DNA from: Malacoraja senta
Taxonomy: Eukaryota
Assembly (NCBI GenBank): GCA_038087875.1
Contig: CM075979.1
Location: forward strand, 10,230,001-10,294,000
Reading direction: 5' to 3'
Length of the DNA: 64,000 nt
The number at the start of each line of letters is the position of its first letter. Within the stretch, counting starts at the first letter, position 1. Below the pieces are notes generated by a model. The model did no database searches. It was not told the DNA's origin and saw only the letters and a list, made by a program, of their open reading frames with translations. Shown here one piece after another: positions 48,878 through 60,997 of this stretch. The translations under genes and the position numbers were made by a program.

Positions 48878-49102
48878 TTTAAGAAAGAACTGCAGATGCT
48901 GGAAAAATCGAAGGTAGACAAAAAAGCTGTGGAAACTCAGCGGGTGAGGCAGCATCTATGAAGCGAAGGAATAGGTGACGTTTCGGGTCGAGACCCTTCT
49001 TCAGACTGTCTGAAAAAGTGTCTCAACCCGAAACATCACCTATTCCTTCGCTCCATAGATGCTGCCTCACCCGTTGAGTTTCTCCAGATTTTTTGTCTAC
49101 TT
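48878..49102. mobile_element. Penelope pLTR palindrome with TSD and intact hammerhead core
   Basis: TSD tctaagacatgRggtg (48862-48877, 49103-49118); minus-strand core at 48974-49007. Confidence 0.85.
48974..49007 (-). ncRNA. Minimal type I hammerhead ribozyme motif (Penelope pLTR)
   Basis: AGU CUGAAGA A GGGUC-UC-GACCC GAAA C GUC|ACC; palindromic ACGU stem III. Confidence 0.65.
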
Positions 49103-49464
49103 TCTAAGACATGAGGTGGTGTCCATTGTGTAAGTAAATGTCCTTTCTGGTTTCTTACAGAAATTGCCAAGAATACGACACACAGAAATTGAAAGTCTCC
49201 CGCAAATGAGTTGCAGCTTTTCAAATATAGATCTACGAGGCTGCTACAAGATATTTCAGTTTTTATGTTTAACATTTTACTGCACAGAATATTTCAAGGT
49301 CTTAAACGCTTCGATGTCTGTTGAAAGCTCTTTGCTTAATGACCAGTAAAAAGGCAGCTGTGTGATTACAAAAGAGCTTACCATAGATTAGTCTTACAGC
49401 ACAGAAACAGGACCTTGGTCCAAGTTTGTCCATGGTGACCAAGATGACACATTGAAGTTGTAAT

Positions 49465-50176
49465 TCTTAATAACCCACTCCAGACTGCAGGAGTACGTGC
49501 TGAGGGATGCACTGAAGCTCGGTGCAGCCAACGCCAAGGCTCTGTGGGGGAGGACCACAGTCTGGGGTCCTTCCGCTGCTGGACTTTGGGGGGCAGGGTG
49601 TGGTGGAGACGCCCCTCAAACAACAGGAGCGATATCACCCAAAGGGGGCCAGAAGAGTGGGCGATGGGTGTCGGGTATAATGATAGATCTGCATATTCTA
49701 CCAAATAAACATTAACAAATGTACGTACAGCCACAGAGAAAGGTTTGCAAGAATTTTTGCACAGTTTAGTTTAGTTTAGTTTAGTTTTAGTTTCGAATAA
49801 CGCCCCTTCGGCCCACTGAAGCCATGCTGACCAGCTATCCCTGTTACGTGAGGACACACGAGGAGCAATTTACAATTTTTACCAAAGCCAATTAACCTAC
49901 AAACCTGCACATCTTTGATATGTGGGTGAAAAAAGAAGCACCTGGGGAAAACCTACACTGTCACGGGGAGAACGTACAAACTCCATACAGACAGCACCCG
50001 TAGTCAGGATCGGATCGATCCCAGTCTCCGCAGCAACTCTACCACTACGCCACCATGCCAGTTTTGTATATATTTGTTTTTATTCTTGTTCTTGTTCTTG
50101 TTCTTTTTTTTGTCTTGTGTTTATTTTTGGTATTTACTTTTTATTCTGAATAAAGTGTAATTTGATTTTTTTTAAA
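49465..50176 (+). mobile_element. Tx1 LINE 3' end with a V-SINE (49765-50058, minus) inserted in its UTR
   Basis: HSRLQEYVLRDALKLGAANAKALWGRTTV resembles the Tx1 ORF2 C-terminus; AATAAA at ~50149. Confidence 0.6.
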
Positions 50177-50402
50177 CATGTTCACTGTATATAATACCGC
50201 CTATTGAGTGTCATCTGCAAATTTACCAGTGATGCCTTGTACATTCTCGTCTAAAACATTGATAGAGATGACAAATCGCAATGAGCCCAGCATCGACTCC
50301 TGACGCACAGCACAAGTCACAGGTCTACAGTCCAAAAAACACAAGCTTCGACCACCACCTCTGCTTTCTACCATTAAGTCAATTCTGCATCCAGTTCAAT
50401 TT

Positions 50403-51230
50403 CTCAGCGGGACAGGCAGCATCTCTTGACAGAAGGAATGGGTGACGTTTCGGGTCAAGACCCTTCTTCAGACTGAAGTCAGGGGAGAGGGAGATACAGA
50501 GATAAGATAGTATAAGGTGTGAGAATGAGACAAAGGGGATGGAGATCAAGGAAAATGTAGATTAGATCATTGTTTGCTGGGAGAAGGTAACAACAAAGCA
50601 AACAGAGATAAAATGTAAAATGTGGTCATAGAGTCGGCGAGCAGGAGGAATTACAGAGGGGGAGCAGTGAGAGAGGATGTTGCGGAACTCTCATCGTAGA
50701 GCGGAGGAGAACTTCTTCAAAGTAGGCAAGTGACGAGATTTTAAAAAAAAATAATTAATTTTTGTAAATTTTATTTATTAGAAGTACATTAAATTAAAAA
50801 CAATTACATTAGGACTCATCACGTATATCTTATTACAATTAATGTACTCCTTCATTTTTTAAAGCTAATAAAAAGAAAAGGTTGAAATTAAGAAGAAAGA
50901 GAAAGTGAAGGAAAATAGTGATAGTGTAAAAGCGTGTCAACATGAAAGAACAGAGACCCTGTAGAAGAGAAATTAGAGAGAAGAGATTAAGAGATAGACC
51001 CTAAAGAAGAAAAAAGAGAAAGAAGAGATTTGACGAGATTTTGCAGTGGAGCAGACAAAATGCGTAGGAAGGAACTGCAGATGCTGGTTTAAACCGAAGA
51101 TAGACACAAAAAATGTTGGAGTAACTCAGCGGGATAGGCAGCATCTCCAGATAGAAGGAATGGGTGACTTTTGGGTCGAGGCCCTTCTTCAGACTGAAAA
51201 GTCACCCATTTCTTCTATCCAAAGGCACTG
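50403..51230 (-). mobile_element. Penelope tandem pLTR structure interrupted by an L1/Tx1-type 3' UTR (50743-51030)
   Basis: pLTRs at 50403-50475 and 51060-51197; the insert is flanked by TSD tgacgagatttt (50731-50742, 51031-51042). Confidence 0.75.
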
Positions 51231-51387
51231 ACTGTTCCACGGATCATGTACATGGACTTCACGCAGTTCCAGGAGTAAAGAGTATAGTACCGATGAAGGG
51301 CCCCGACATGAACCGTCGTCCATCCGTTCTCACCACAGACACGCTGAGTTCCCCCAGCAATTAGTGTTTTGCTGAAGAAAAGTGCAA

Positions 51388-51703
51388 TATCCCTGTCCCA
51401 CGGTGCGAGTTCATTCCAAGAGCTCTCTCGAGTTAAAAAAAAATCAAACTCGTGGTAAGCACGGATAATGAACGTAGCAGGTACGTCGGAGCTCGGGGAC
51501 GTCTCTTAGCGCTAACGGCAGGTACTCGGGAAGACTCGCTAACGGCAGGTAAGCACGGGAAGACTCATGAAGATTTTTCAACATGATGAAAAATGTCCAC
51601 GAGAGCCCGGAGTACCGACGAGTGGCCATTAGCGTAAATCTCCGAGTTCGAATCAGGGCAAACTCGGGAGAGCTCCTGGAATGAACTCGTGGGACAGAGG
51701 TTT
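51388..51703. mobile_element. Harbinger-type MITE family 2, second copy (opposite orientation to 11045-11363)
   Basis: Internal sequence is the reverse complement of 11045-11363; TIR CCCTGTCCCAC, right TIR with a small deletion. Confidence 0.88.
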
Positions 51704-52304
51704 TCGGCTTTTTTTTAGTTTAGTTCAGTTATATTTAGAGATACAGCTTGGAAGCAGGCCCTTCAGCCCACCGAGTCCGCGCCGACCAGTGATCCCCGCA
51801 CACTAACACTATCCTACACACAGTGGGGACAATTTACAATTATACCAAGCATTTTAAACTATAAATTGTACATCTTTGGGGTGTGGGGGGGAAACTGGAG
51901 ATTGTGGAGAAAACCCACGCAGGAGAAAGTACAAACGCTATTTTGTTAACTTCATCTAAGCCATCATTTTAATTAGACAAGAATTATTTACTTTACTAAA
52001 TAACCCGAAAGGAAGTGAGGAGAATATTTCCTTTTTGCCAGTCTTACAACTTAGAAAGATAATCAAGAGCAGGCTCAGTGGTAATTGTATATGTGAGCAG
52101 AAAAGAAAAGTGACAGGGCTCTAGGGATAGAGTGAGGAAGTGGCTAGTTCTTTCAAAGACTTGGCAGAGACACAAAAGACCAAGTGAATAATGCTCGCTT
52201 GAAACATCGGAAAATGCAGAGGATAATCAGCAGGTCAGGCAGCAAAAAGAGAATGAGAGTTACCATTTGCAGACCTTTGAATGATTGAAATTGAAAGAAG
52301 CAGC

Positions 52305-52682
52305 ATTTTTTTTGTATCAAAAATAATGTATTTAATTACTATCATGATACAAAACCAAACCATGCTGACACACCCACCACCATATTACAAAATCACCAAA
52401 TTATGCAGACACTAAATTTCCAATCAACTGTGCTACAATCCTTACAAATATACTAATATACTACGAATCAACGATGTCCCTCTCTAACACCACCCGGGCG
52501 CGGACGTAACCCCCGGTAAAGGGGCAAGCATCTGGCTCGGGCGAAGCCCTCTTCCGCCTGGCGCCGTGACTCGCGGATGGCCGGCTTGGCCAGGCCTAGG
52601 AGCAACCCAACCAGGCCATCTTCGGCCCTACCCACTCCCTAGATCCCGTCACCAGTCCTTCGGTCGCTGCCAGCATAGCCGC
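52305..52682 (-). mobile_element. Tx1 LINE 3' fragment
   Basis: LVGLLLGLAKPAIRESRRQA..CLPL motif, A-tail, and 13-bp TSD tgaaagaagcagc (52292-52304, 52683-52695). Confidence 0.8.
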
Positions 52683-54399
52683 TGAAAGAAGCAGCTTGGA
52701 AGCAGGCCCTTCAGCCCACCAAGTCCACGCCAACCATCGATCACCCGTTCACACTAGTTCCATGTTATCCCACTTTCACAACCACTCCCCTACACACTGG
52801 AGGGAATGTACAGAGGCCAGTTCACCTACAAACCTGTACGTCTTATATTTAAGAGGGAGTTAGATGTGGCCCTTGTGGCTAAAGGGATCAGGGGGTATGG
52901 AGAGAAGGCAGGTACAGGATACTGAGTTGGATGATCAGCCATGATCATATTGAATGGCGGTGCAGGCTCGAAGGGCCGAATGGCCTACTCCTGCACCTAT
53001 TTTCTATGTTTCTATGTTTCTATGTCTTAGGGATGTGGGAGGAAACCAGGGGAACCAGACAAAGCCCATGAAGACTGAGTGCCTAAGAGCACACCATTTT
53101 CAACATGGCATTCAAGTGGGGAAGCTATTTCTCTCAGATATCACGTGCGCTGACACTTATCCACCGGAGAAAGTTGATGGAGTATTTACAATCCCGTAGC
53201 ATTTGTCTGGAATCCAACGAGGTCAGACCAAGCATAGACTGCAGCTTCCCAACCCCCTGTTGTACATCAGTGAATCAATTAGCCCCCGCGTCATTTTACA
53301 GCTTCCATGGTTACGGGCCGTATTGAATTTAATTTTACAATTTACCTTGGACTTGAACTGGCGACCTGGTCCTGTACCATGGCGACTGAACTACTAGATC
53401 CATTTAACATTCTATCGATTCTGCACTGGCCACATTTTTAATGTAATCATCTGATTCGATTTCCATCTAATTGACCATTTCAGCCTGCTGAATAGAACCA
53501 TACCTTGCCCCCATTACATAGTGCAGAAAGGCACCAGCCCTTGTCCGCACTGACACCCTCTCCCCTCATAAATATATCGAGATAATTTTAAAGGAAACCA
53601 TTCTGGGACCTATTTCCTTTACTGAGGATTGCGAAAAAATCTATAAATAAGAGATGTCTATCGCCGAGGCGTACGAAACTCATTTCAGACCACCCCACGC
53701 AGGGATTATTAAACGTGAAAGAGATGCAGTGCTTCATCTGACGTGATCTTTAGTTTTGCAGCTTGTTTTTACTGAGCAGCAGCATGGCATGAAGGAGATT
53801 TACGAGCTTGCCGTGGGAGCTGCAGAATTTTAGCTAAACAGAAAGACTGGATGGAGTCGCCTTTTTGTTTTGGTCGAGGGGAGATTTAATGGAGGTGAAT
53901 TGCATTAGAAAGGACTTTGACAGAGTGGAGAGGAAAGAACTATGTCCCTTTGCAAGGGTCAAAAATAGATGCCATAGAATCTACAAATTACATAAATTCT
54001 GTCATGAGATTTTTTTCTCAACCACAGAATGGCGGATATTGGAACTCATTGCCAGAAATCCTCATTGCATTTTAAAAGTTGATAATTGTTTCAGATATTT
54101 TTATTATTGTCTCTATTATTTTTGCTGAAATTGGTTTATTTTTTAAAATAATTTTGGAATGATTTTCAATGCTTCTAACTGTGAGAAATATTCAGAAACA
54201 TCCTTCCCGATCTTTAGTCAGAGGGTGGTGAATCTGCGGAATCCGTTGCCACAGAGTGCTCTGGAGGTCTTCAATGGATATTTTTAAGGTGGAGATCGAC
54301 AGATTCTTGATCAGTACGGGTGTCAGGGATTATGGGGAGAAGGGGGGGGGAGAATGGGGTTGAGAGGGAAAGATAGATCAGCCATGATTAAATGGCGGA

Positions 54400-54632
54400 G
54401 TAAGTAAGTAAGTAAGTAAGTACATTTTATTTATATAACACGTTTAAATCAACTCGTGTTGAAACCAAAGTGCTTTACATAAAAGAAATAATAAAATAAA
54501 TAATTAAGTTTCCGTACATCCATAGAAAAATAAAAAAATCAGAAAAATGACATAACACATTATAGAATTCAACAAGAACATCCCCCCCACAACAGAATCA
54601 AAATTTTCCACTGTGGGGAAAGGCATCAAAAA
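54400..54632 (-). mobile_element. L2-like 3' end with (TTAC)n tail inside a CR1 fragment (54213-54680)
   Basis: (GTAA)n run; reverse of aaagcactttgg...tatataaataaa. Confidence 0.6.
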
Positions 54633-54967
54633 GTAGATAGGCCGAATGGCCTAATCCTGCTCCTGGTACTTATGAACCCATGATCTTATGATCTTTAACC
54701 TACATCTCTGCGAACGTTGGACTTTTCCTCTGTAATTGTGATTTTACGGTTCTGTAAACCTATATTCTGCACTTTGGTAATGTTGCTCTTTGTGCATGAC
54801 TTGATACTACTCATTTATAAGATGATTTTGTTTGACTGGATAGCGCACAAACAAAGCCTTTTCACTGCATCTCGGTACATATAACAATTATAAACATTTA
54901 CCAATACCAATATATTCTAAAATTCTAACACCCTTGAGAACCAGCACATTCAGGGGATTTACGGAGC

Positions 54968-55553
54968 CATAGTCAGAGAGTGAGTGTGGAAACAGGCCCT
55001 TCAGCCCAACTTGCCCATACTGGCCAATATGTCCCAACTACACTAGTCCCACCTGCCAGCATTTGGTCCATATCCCTCCAAACCTGTCCTATCCATGTAC
55101 CCGGCTAACTGCTTATTAAACTTTTGGATAGTCCCTGCCTCAACTACCTACCCTGGCAGCTTGTTCCACACACCCACCACCCTCTGTGTGAAAAAGTTAC
55201 CCCTCAGATTCCTATTAAATCTTTTCCCCTTCACCTTAAACCTATGTCCTCCGGTCCTCGATTCCCCTACTCTGGGAAAGTGACTCGGTGCATCTACCCG
55301 ATCTGTTCCCCTCATGATCTTATAAATCTCTATAAGATCATCCCTCATCCTCCTGCGCTCCAAGGAATAGAGTCCCAGCCTACTCAACCGCTCCCTATAG
55401 CTCAGACCCTCTAGACCTGGCATCATCCTCGTAAATCTGCTCTGTACCCTTTCCAGCTTGGCAAAATCTTTCCTATAACATGGTGCCCAGAACTGAACGC
55501 AATACTGTAAATGCTGTCTCACCAACGTTTAAAACAACTGCAACACGACCTCC
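54968..55553 (-). pseudogene. CR1 LINE ORF2 C-terminal fragment
   Basis: LVRQHLQYCVQFWAPCYRKD..KLERVQSRFTRMMPG...FFTQRVVGVWNKLP. Confidence 0.9.
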
Positions 55554-55836
55554 CATCGCAAATTGGAGGAGCAGCATCTCATATTTCGCTTGGGTAGTTT
55601 ACACCCCAGCATTATGAACATTGACTTTTCCAATTTCAGGTAGTCCTTGCTTTCTCCCTCCTTCCCCTCCCCTTCCCAGCTCACCCACAGCCTACTGTCT
55701 CTGCCTCATCCTTTATTCTTCCCGACCCCCACCCCCACATCAGTTTGAAGAAGGGTCTCGACCCGAAACATCACCTATTCCTTCGCTCCATAGATGCTGC
55801 CTCACCCGCTAAGTTTCTCCAGCATTTTTGTCTACC
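55554..55836 (+). mobile_element. Penelope 3' end
   Basis: RKLEEQHLIFRLGSLHPSIMNIDFSNFR*, then a pLTR with hammerhead-like core at 55744. Confidence 0.85.
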
Positions 55837-56578
55837 TCCCATGATTTAAATTAGCCAATGGCCAAAGTCATTTCACAAGAACAACTTCTGGTCCCTACCG
55901 ACATTCCCCAGCTCATCTTGGGCATCGACATAATTTTTCATGCTACTTAGCACACAGAACATAGAAATGTGCAGCACTGGAACAGGTCCTTCGGCCCACA
56001 TTGTCTGTGCCAAACATAATGCTAAGATAACCTAACCTCATCTGCCTACATATGATCCATACCCTCCATTCCCAGCCTATCCTTGTGCCTATCTACAGTA
56101 AAAAAAACTCTTAAACTTCACAATTGTACCTGTCTTCACCACTACCTGTCTTCACCACTATCCCTAGCACTGCGTTCCAGAGACCCACGACCCTCTGTGT
56201 AAAAATAAACATGCCTGACACATCTCCTTTAAACTTTACCCCTCTTGCCTTAAGTTTAGGGATTGTCGGTCGGTGAACTGGCAAAGGCTGTTTTGTACTA
56301 AATTAAAGGCACGATGGAAACATAGGATGTCGGTTCCACCATTAGCCCAAACATAAGTAAACACCAATCATAAATGATGTTTAAATGCAATGGCCTCATA
56401 TGCCTAGATCCAGTGATGCTCTCCGTTCAGAAGTATTCCTAAGGCAGGTTTGAACAATGGAAAAGTTTATGTCAATGAATGAAATAAAACAAATTATCCA
56501 TTAAGTTATTAAAATATCTTGAACTATCGATTAGTACACAGAACGCATGGGTGGGGCGGGGGGGGGACAGTGGCGTAG

Positions 56579-57040
56579 GGGGCAGCACAGTGGCACAGCA
56601 GTAGAGTTGTTGCCTCACAAACCCAGAGACCAGGGTTCGATCCAGACCACGGGTGTTGTCTGTACGGAGTTTGTACATTCGTCCTGTGACCATGTGGGGT
56701 TTTCTACGGGTGTAAAGGATTGATAACGAGGCATCGTTACTTTACTATCTTTATTCATACTGGATCATTATACATTGCACTAGCTGTACGTGGTCTGTCA
56801 CAGGAACTAGAGAGCGATCTGTGGGTGGGGAGGTTGTAGTTATACTTGTGATATGCGGAGTGGTTAGTAGGTATGAGGTCACTATGTTAAAGGCACATGC
56901 ATATCTCAGCTCGGCTTTCCTCCTGCATTCCAAAGACGTACAGGTTTGTAGGTTAAATGGCTTCTGTAAATTTCCCCTAATATGTAGGATGTGAAACTGA
57001 GATAGCAGAGAACGAGTGTACAGTTCTCTAAACTCAACTC
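56579..57040 (+). mobile_element. V-SINE interrupted by a 198-bp LTR-like insert (56711-56908)
   Basis: The SINE breaks at ttctacggg and resumes at gctcggctttcc; the insert has TG...CA ends and a minus-strand AATAAA. Confidence 0.65.
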
Positions 57041-59311
57041 TGAATTAAGTAATGACTGACCTCAGGGTTGGCAGTTTCAGGTCTCTTCCCAGAGAATTGA
57101 TCACAATTGTCTTGGGTGCCACATGCAGTAAAGAAGTGATGGAGTGCTGTGCTATGAGAGATGCCATTGTTTCATTCAGCTGCCTGTTACTTCAGATAGT
57201 TGTAAACGATCCGGAGACACGATTATGAAGAGCAGAAGGTTATTCTCATTGTCCAAATCAATATTTACCTCTCAGTTAATAAAAAAAAAAAACAAGGAAG
57301 CGGCATCTGCAGTTCCTTGTATCTACATCTGCAGTCAGCTGTTCCCTAGATCTGCACCAGGAGCAACGGCCTGAAATACTGGACTATTCTCTGGAGAAGG
57401 GCCTGAATCCACAACTTTCAAACTCAGCATCTGAGGATGCCAACTACCAAGTTAAGCTAATACCACAGAAAGGCACAAAATGCTGAAGTAACTCAGCGGG
57501 TCAGGCAGCATCTCTGGAGAAAAGAGGTGGGTGATGCATAGGGTCGAGACCCTTCTTCAAACAAGTTGTCTGGTGATTATTCTTGGGGCACAAGAGACTG
57601 CAGAGGCAGAAACCTTGAGCAAAACACAAAGTGCTGGAGGAACTCAGCGGGTTAGGCAGCAACTGCAGAGGGAATGGACAGACGACATTTCGGGTGGGGA
57701 CCCTTCTTCAGACCCTTCTTCCTCAGGAGTGTCATCTGTCCATTCCCTCTATAGTTGCTGCCTGACCCGCTGAGTTCCTCCAGCACTTTATGCTTGGGAT
57801 TCTTCTAATTATTCTTCATGAAAGCTTGCTGCCTGCCAATTCACTTGCATTGTCCTGCATTACAACACTGATAATGCCTCAGAAAATGTGCATCGAGCAT
57901 CTTGAGACACTCTGACAGATATGAAGGTCATGATACAGAAATATCGAACTATTCAGTTTTAACAATTCACTTTAAATATCATAAAGGAATGCTTTGGGGA
58001 AAAAAAACGTCACTTTGAGTTGAGAGACTGGAGCAAGCTTGTGCACTAACCTGCAAAAGAAGCTTTTCAAAAGCCCATGGTCATGTTTCTTTAATAAGCA
58101 TGTTTATTTTTAATGATCGAAAGTCGCCCATTGTAGTTGAGCAACTGGATGATGGGTGATGGGATGCAATTGATGAGCCCGTTTGTTACTCAAGGACAGA
58201 GGTACAGACCTCCGATATATCATGATGACAGAATGTGCAAGTGAGGGGAAGTCAAGGCGAAGGAGTCATTTTTTTTCCCCTGCAAGTGCGGAGATGAAAT
58301 ATATATCTGGGAGATCGATTGTTTAAGAAATTCTTTATGGCTGTAAAAAAAATGGAAATAGGACCAGCAAATGTGCGCACAATAGGAAAGAGAGGCAACA
58401 AAGTAAAAAGGCTGGCCTGTTTATGTCATTGTTTACACCCTCATTGATGATGTCCCCATTGTGCTTTATACCATCTTTAACACAGAGGGTGTTGGAGCCA
58501 ACAGGCACACAGCAAGATCCCACCGGCAGTGCTATGACAACGTGTTATTTTTTAGCCATGTTGTCAAGAAGGATAAATATTGGGCAACACACCACAGAGA
58601 AGCCCGCTGCTCTTCAGCACCACGTGATCCCTTTCATCCCATGAGAACTGACTGAACTTTAGTTTGTCAACTCATCTGCTCAAACTAGTGCTCTTTGCCT
58701 CCAATGAACCAGTTGCTCTCCAGTGGCATTCAGCTGTCTAGGCGGAATATCGACTGGGTACGTCGGTTACCGCAGAACAGAATAAGTCCAATCCAGATAA
58801 CTACTGCCCTATCCATCCTCCCTCAATGACCAACATAGTCTCCCTCAAAATGGCAGCAAGAGTAGACATAATGGTAAAGAAGGCATACAGTCGGGGCGTA
58901 GAGTATGAATCAGGAAGTCATATTGCAGCTTTAGAGGACCACATTTGGAACATCCCATCACAGGAAAGATATCAAGGCTTTGGAGAGGGTGCAGGCGAGG
59001 TAATACCAGTTTGATACCTGGATTAGAGAGTATTAGATATAAAGAGATCCCTGTCTATTCCCCTCATGATTTCATACACCTCCGTCCCATAAGGTCACCC
59101 CTCAGCCTCCTATACTCCAAGAAATAAAGTCCAACACCCCCCCCCCCCCCCGTATAGTTCTGGCCCTCAAGGCCTGGCAACATTCTTGGAAATCTTCTCT
59201 GAACTCCTTCTAACTTAATGGCACCTTTGCTCTAACAGGGTGACCAAAACCGAACTCAATACTCCAAGTGCAGCCCCACCAACATCTTGCCCAACTGTAA
59301 CATAACATCTT

Positions 59312-59689
59312 GTGAAGATTGTTAAGGGTTTAGACACGCTAGAGGCAGGAAACATGTTCCCGGTGTTGGGGGAGTCCAGAACCAGGGGCCACAGTTTAAG
59401 AATAAGGAGTAAGCCATTTAGAAAGGAGACGAGGAAACACTTTTTCTCACAGAGAGTGGTGAGTCTGTGGAATTCTCTGCCTCAGAGGGCGGTGAAGGCA
59501 GGTTCTCTGGATGCTTGCAAGAGAGAGCTAGATAGGGCTCTTAAAAATAGCGGTCAGGGGATATGGGGAGAAGACAGGAACGGGGTACTGATTGGGGATG
59601 ATCAGCCATGATCACATTGAATGGCAGTGCTGGCTTGAAGGGCCGAATGGCCTACTCCTGCACCTATTGTTTATTGTCTATTGTCTATT
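59312..59689 (+). mobile_element. CR1 LINE 3' end (young subfamily, also at 15138 and 63790-64000)
   Basis: KIVKGLDTLEAGNMFP...FFSQRVVSLWNSLP and (CTATTGT)n tail. Confidence 0.9.
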
Positions 59690-60663
59690 GAATCAGTATG
59701 GTTGCTTTAAGTGACTCTAATAATCCTGGCCATGGAGGAGGTAGTAATATAACTTCCTCCTCCGTGGGGACCCTCTGTGGCAGGTAACTGGAACCTCTTA
59801 AAGGTTGTATGTAACCATTCTCCATCCTTACAACCAAATGGAAGAATTTCCCATTTGGATACAAACGCCGATTCTGACCAACTTCATCTTCACACCCTTT
59901 TCTAATGTTGAAAGCCTTTTATGTCTTTCATATCTTAAAAGATTCAATACCGCCATTAAGCAATCGTAAGGGACTCAACTCGCCTGCATTATGACGTTCC
60001 CAAGAGGATGCAGCCTTTAACATTCTTTAGCTCATGGTTTGTGGAAATGTTTTTGAGCGTTCCTCTGCCACAGTGGATGTATAATTGAACTGCGAGTCCG
60101 TCACAAAAGGCATCCACCTTTCCCAAGGCCCCTCAGGGCAGGATGAAGAAAAGTTGCCCCCTCATTAAATATAATATTCTGCAGATTATGGTACTGCAAC
60201 ACGGGCCTGCACTTTGACATCACTTAACATTTCCTGTGATGTTCGCTCTTGAAGATTACACAAGGTACAATTTCTCTCAGCCCCACCTGGATTAATTTGT
60301 AGAGGAGAAGTTTCGGTAATTACAGGGGGTGAGCTGGGAATTTTTAAAATTATAAAACCGAGTCTCGCAGACCTTAGGGGGATTGGGATTGGATCAGTGA
60401 AGATAAATCTGACTGATGTGCTGTGTTTTTTTATTCTTCTTTTGAGGACCCCTGGAGTTGAAGGTCAGGAGGACAGATTGCAAGTGCTTACAATAACTGA
60501 GCTCGGCATGGGTTACCACATAGTCCTTAACTCACCTTTTACCAATGCAGTAGAAAGTTTGAAAGCGGTAGAATCAGTATCATGTAGTACGGAAACAGGC
60601 CTTGTCGCAAACCTCACCCTTGCTGGTTAAGATATCCATCTAAGCTACTCCCATTTACTTACA

Positions 60664-60885
60664 GGTAGACAAAAGTGATGGAGAAACTCAGCGGGTGCAG
60701 CAGCATCTGTGGAGCGAAGGAAATAGGCAACGTTTCGGGCCGAAACCCTTCTTCACAGTCTGAAAAGGGTTTCGGCCCGAAACATTGCCTATTTCTTTCG
60801 CTCCACAGATGCTGCTGCACCCGCTGAGTTTCTCCAGCACTTTTGTCTACCTTCGATTTTCCAGCATCTGCAGTTCCTTCTTAAA
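60664..60885. mobile_element. Penelope pLTR palindrome with TSD
   Basis: ~90-bp arm inverted repeat (60663-60852); 14-bp TSD cccatttacttaca (60650-60663, 60886-60899). Confidence 0.87.
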
Positions 60886-60936
60886 CCCATTTACTTACAT
60901 TTGACCCATGTCCCTCTAAACCTTTCCTATCCACGT

Positions 60937-60997
60937 GATGATGATGATTCAGATGAAGATGATGAAGAAGATGATGATGATGATGATGATGACGATG
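60937..60997. repeat. (GAT)n microsatellite, probable tail of a minus-strand LINE
   Basis: Imperfect (GAT)n followed by ttattgtcac...cagtgaaattc, as in the Rex1-like tails here. Confidence 0.8.

Noticed and set aside
60664-60852. pre-miRNA or DNA-transposon MITE
   Set aside because: The arms are Penelope pLTR sequence, and the long variable TSD indicates retro-insertion
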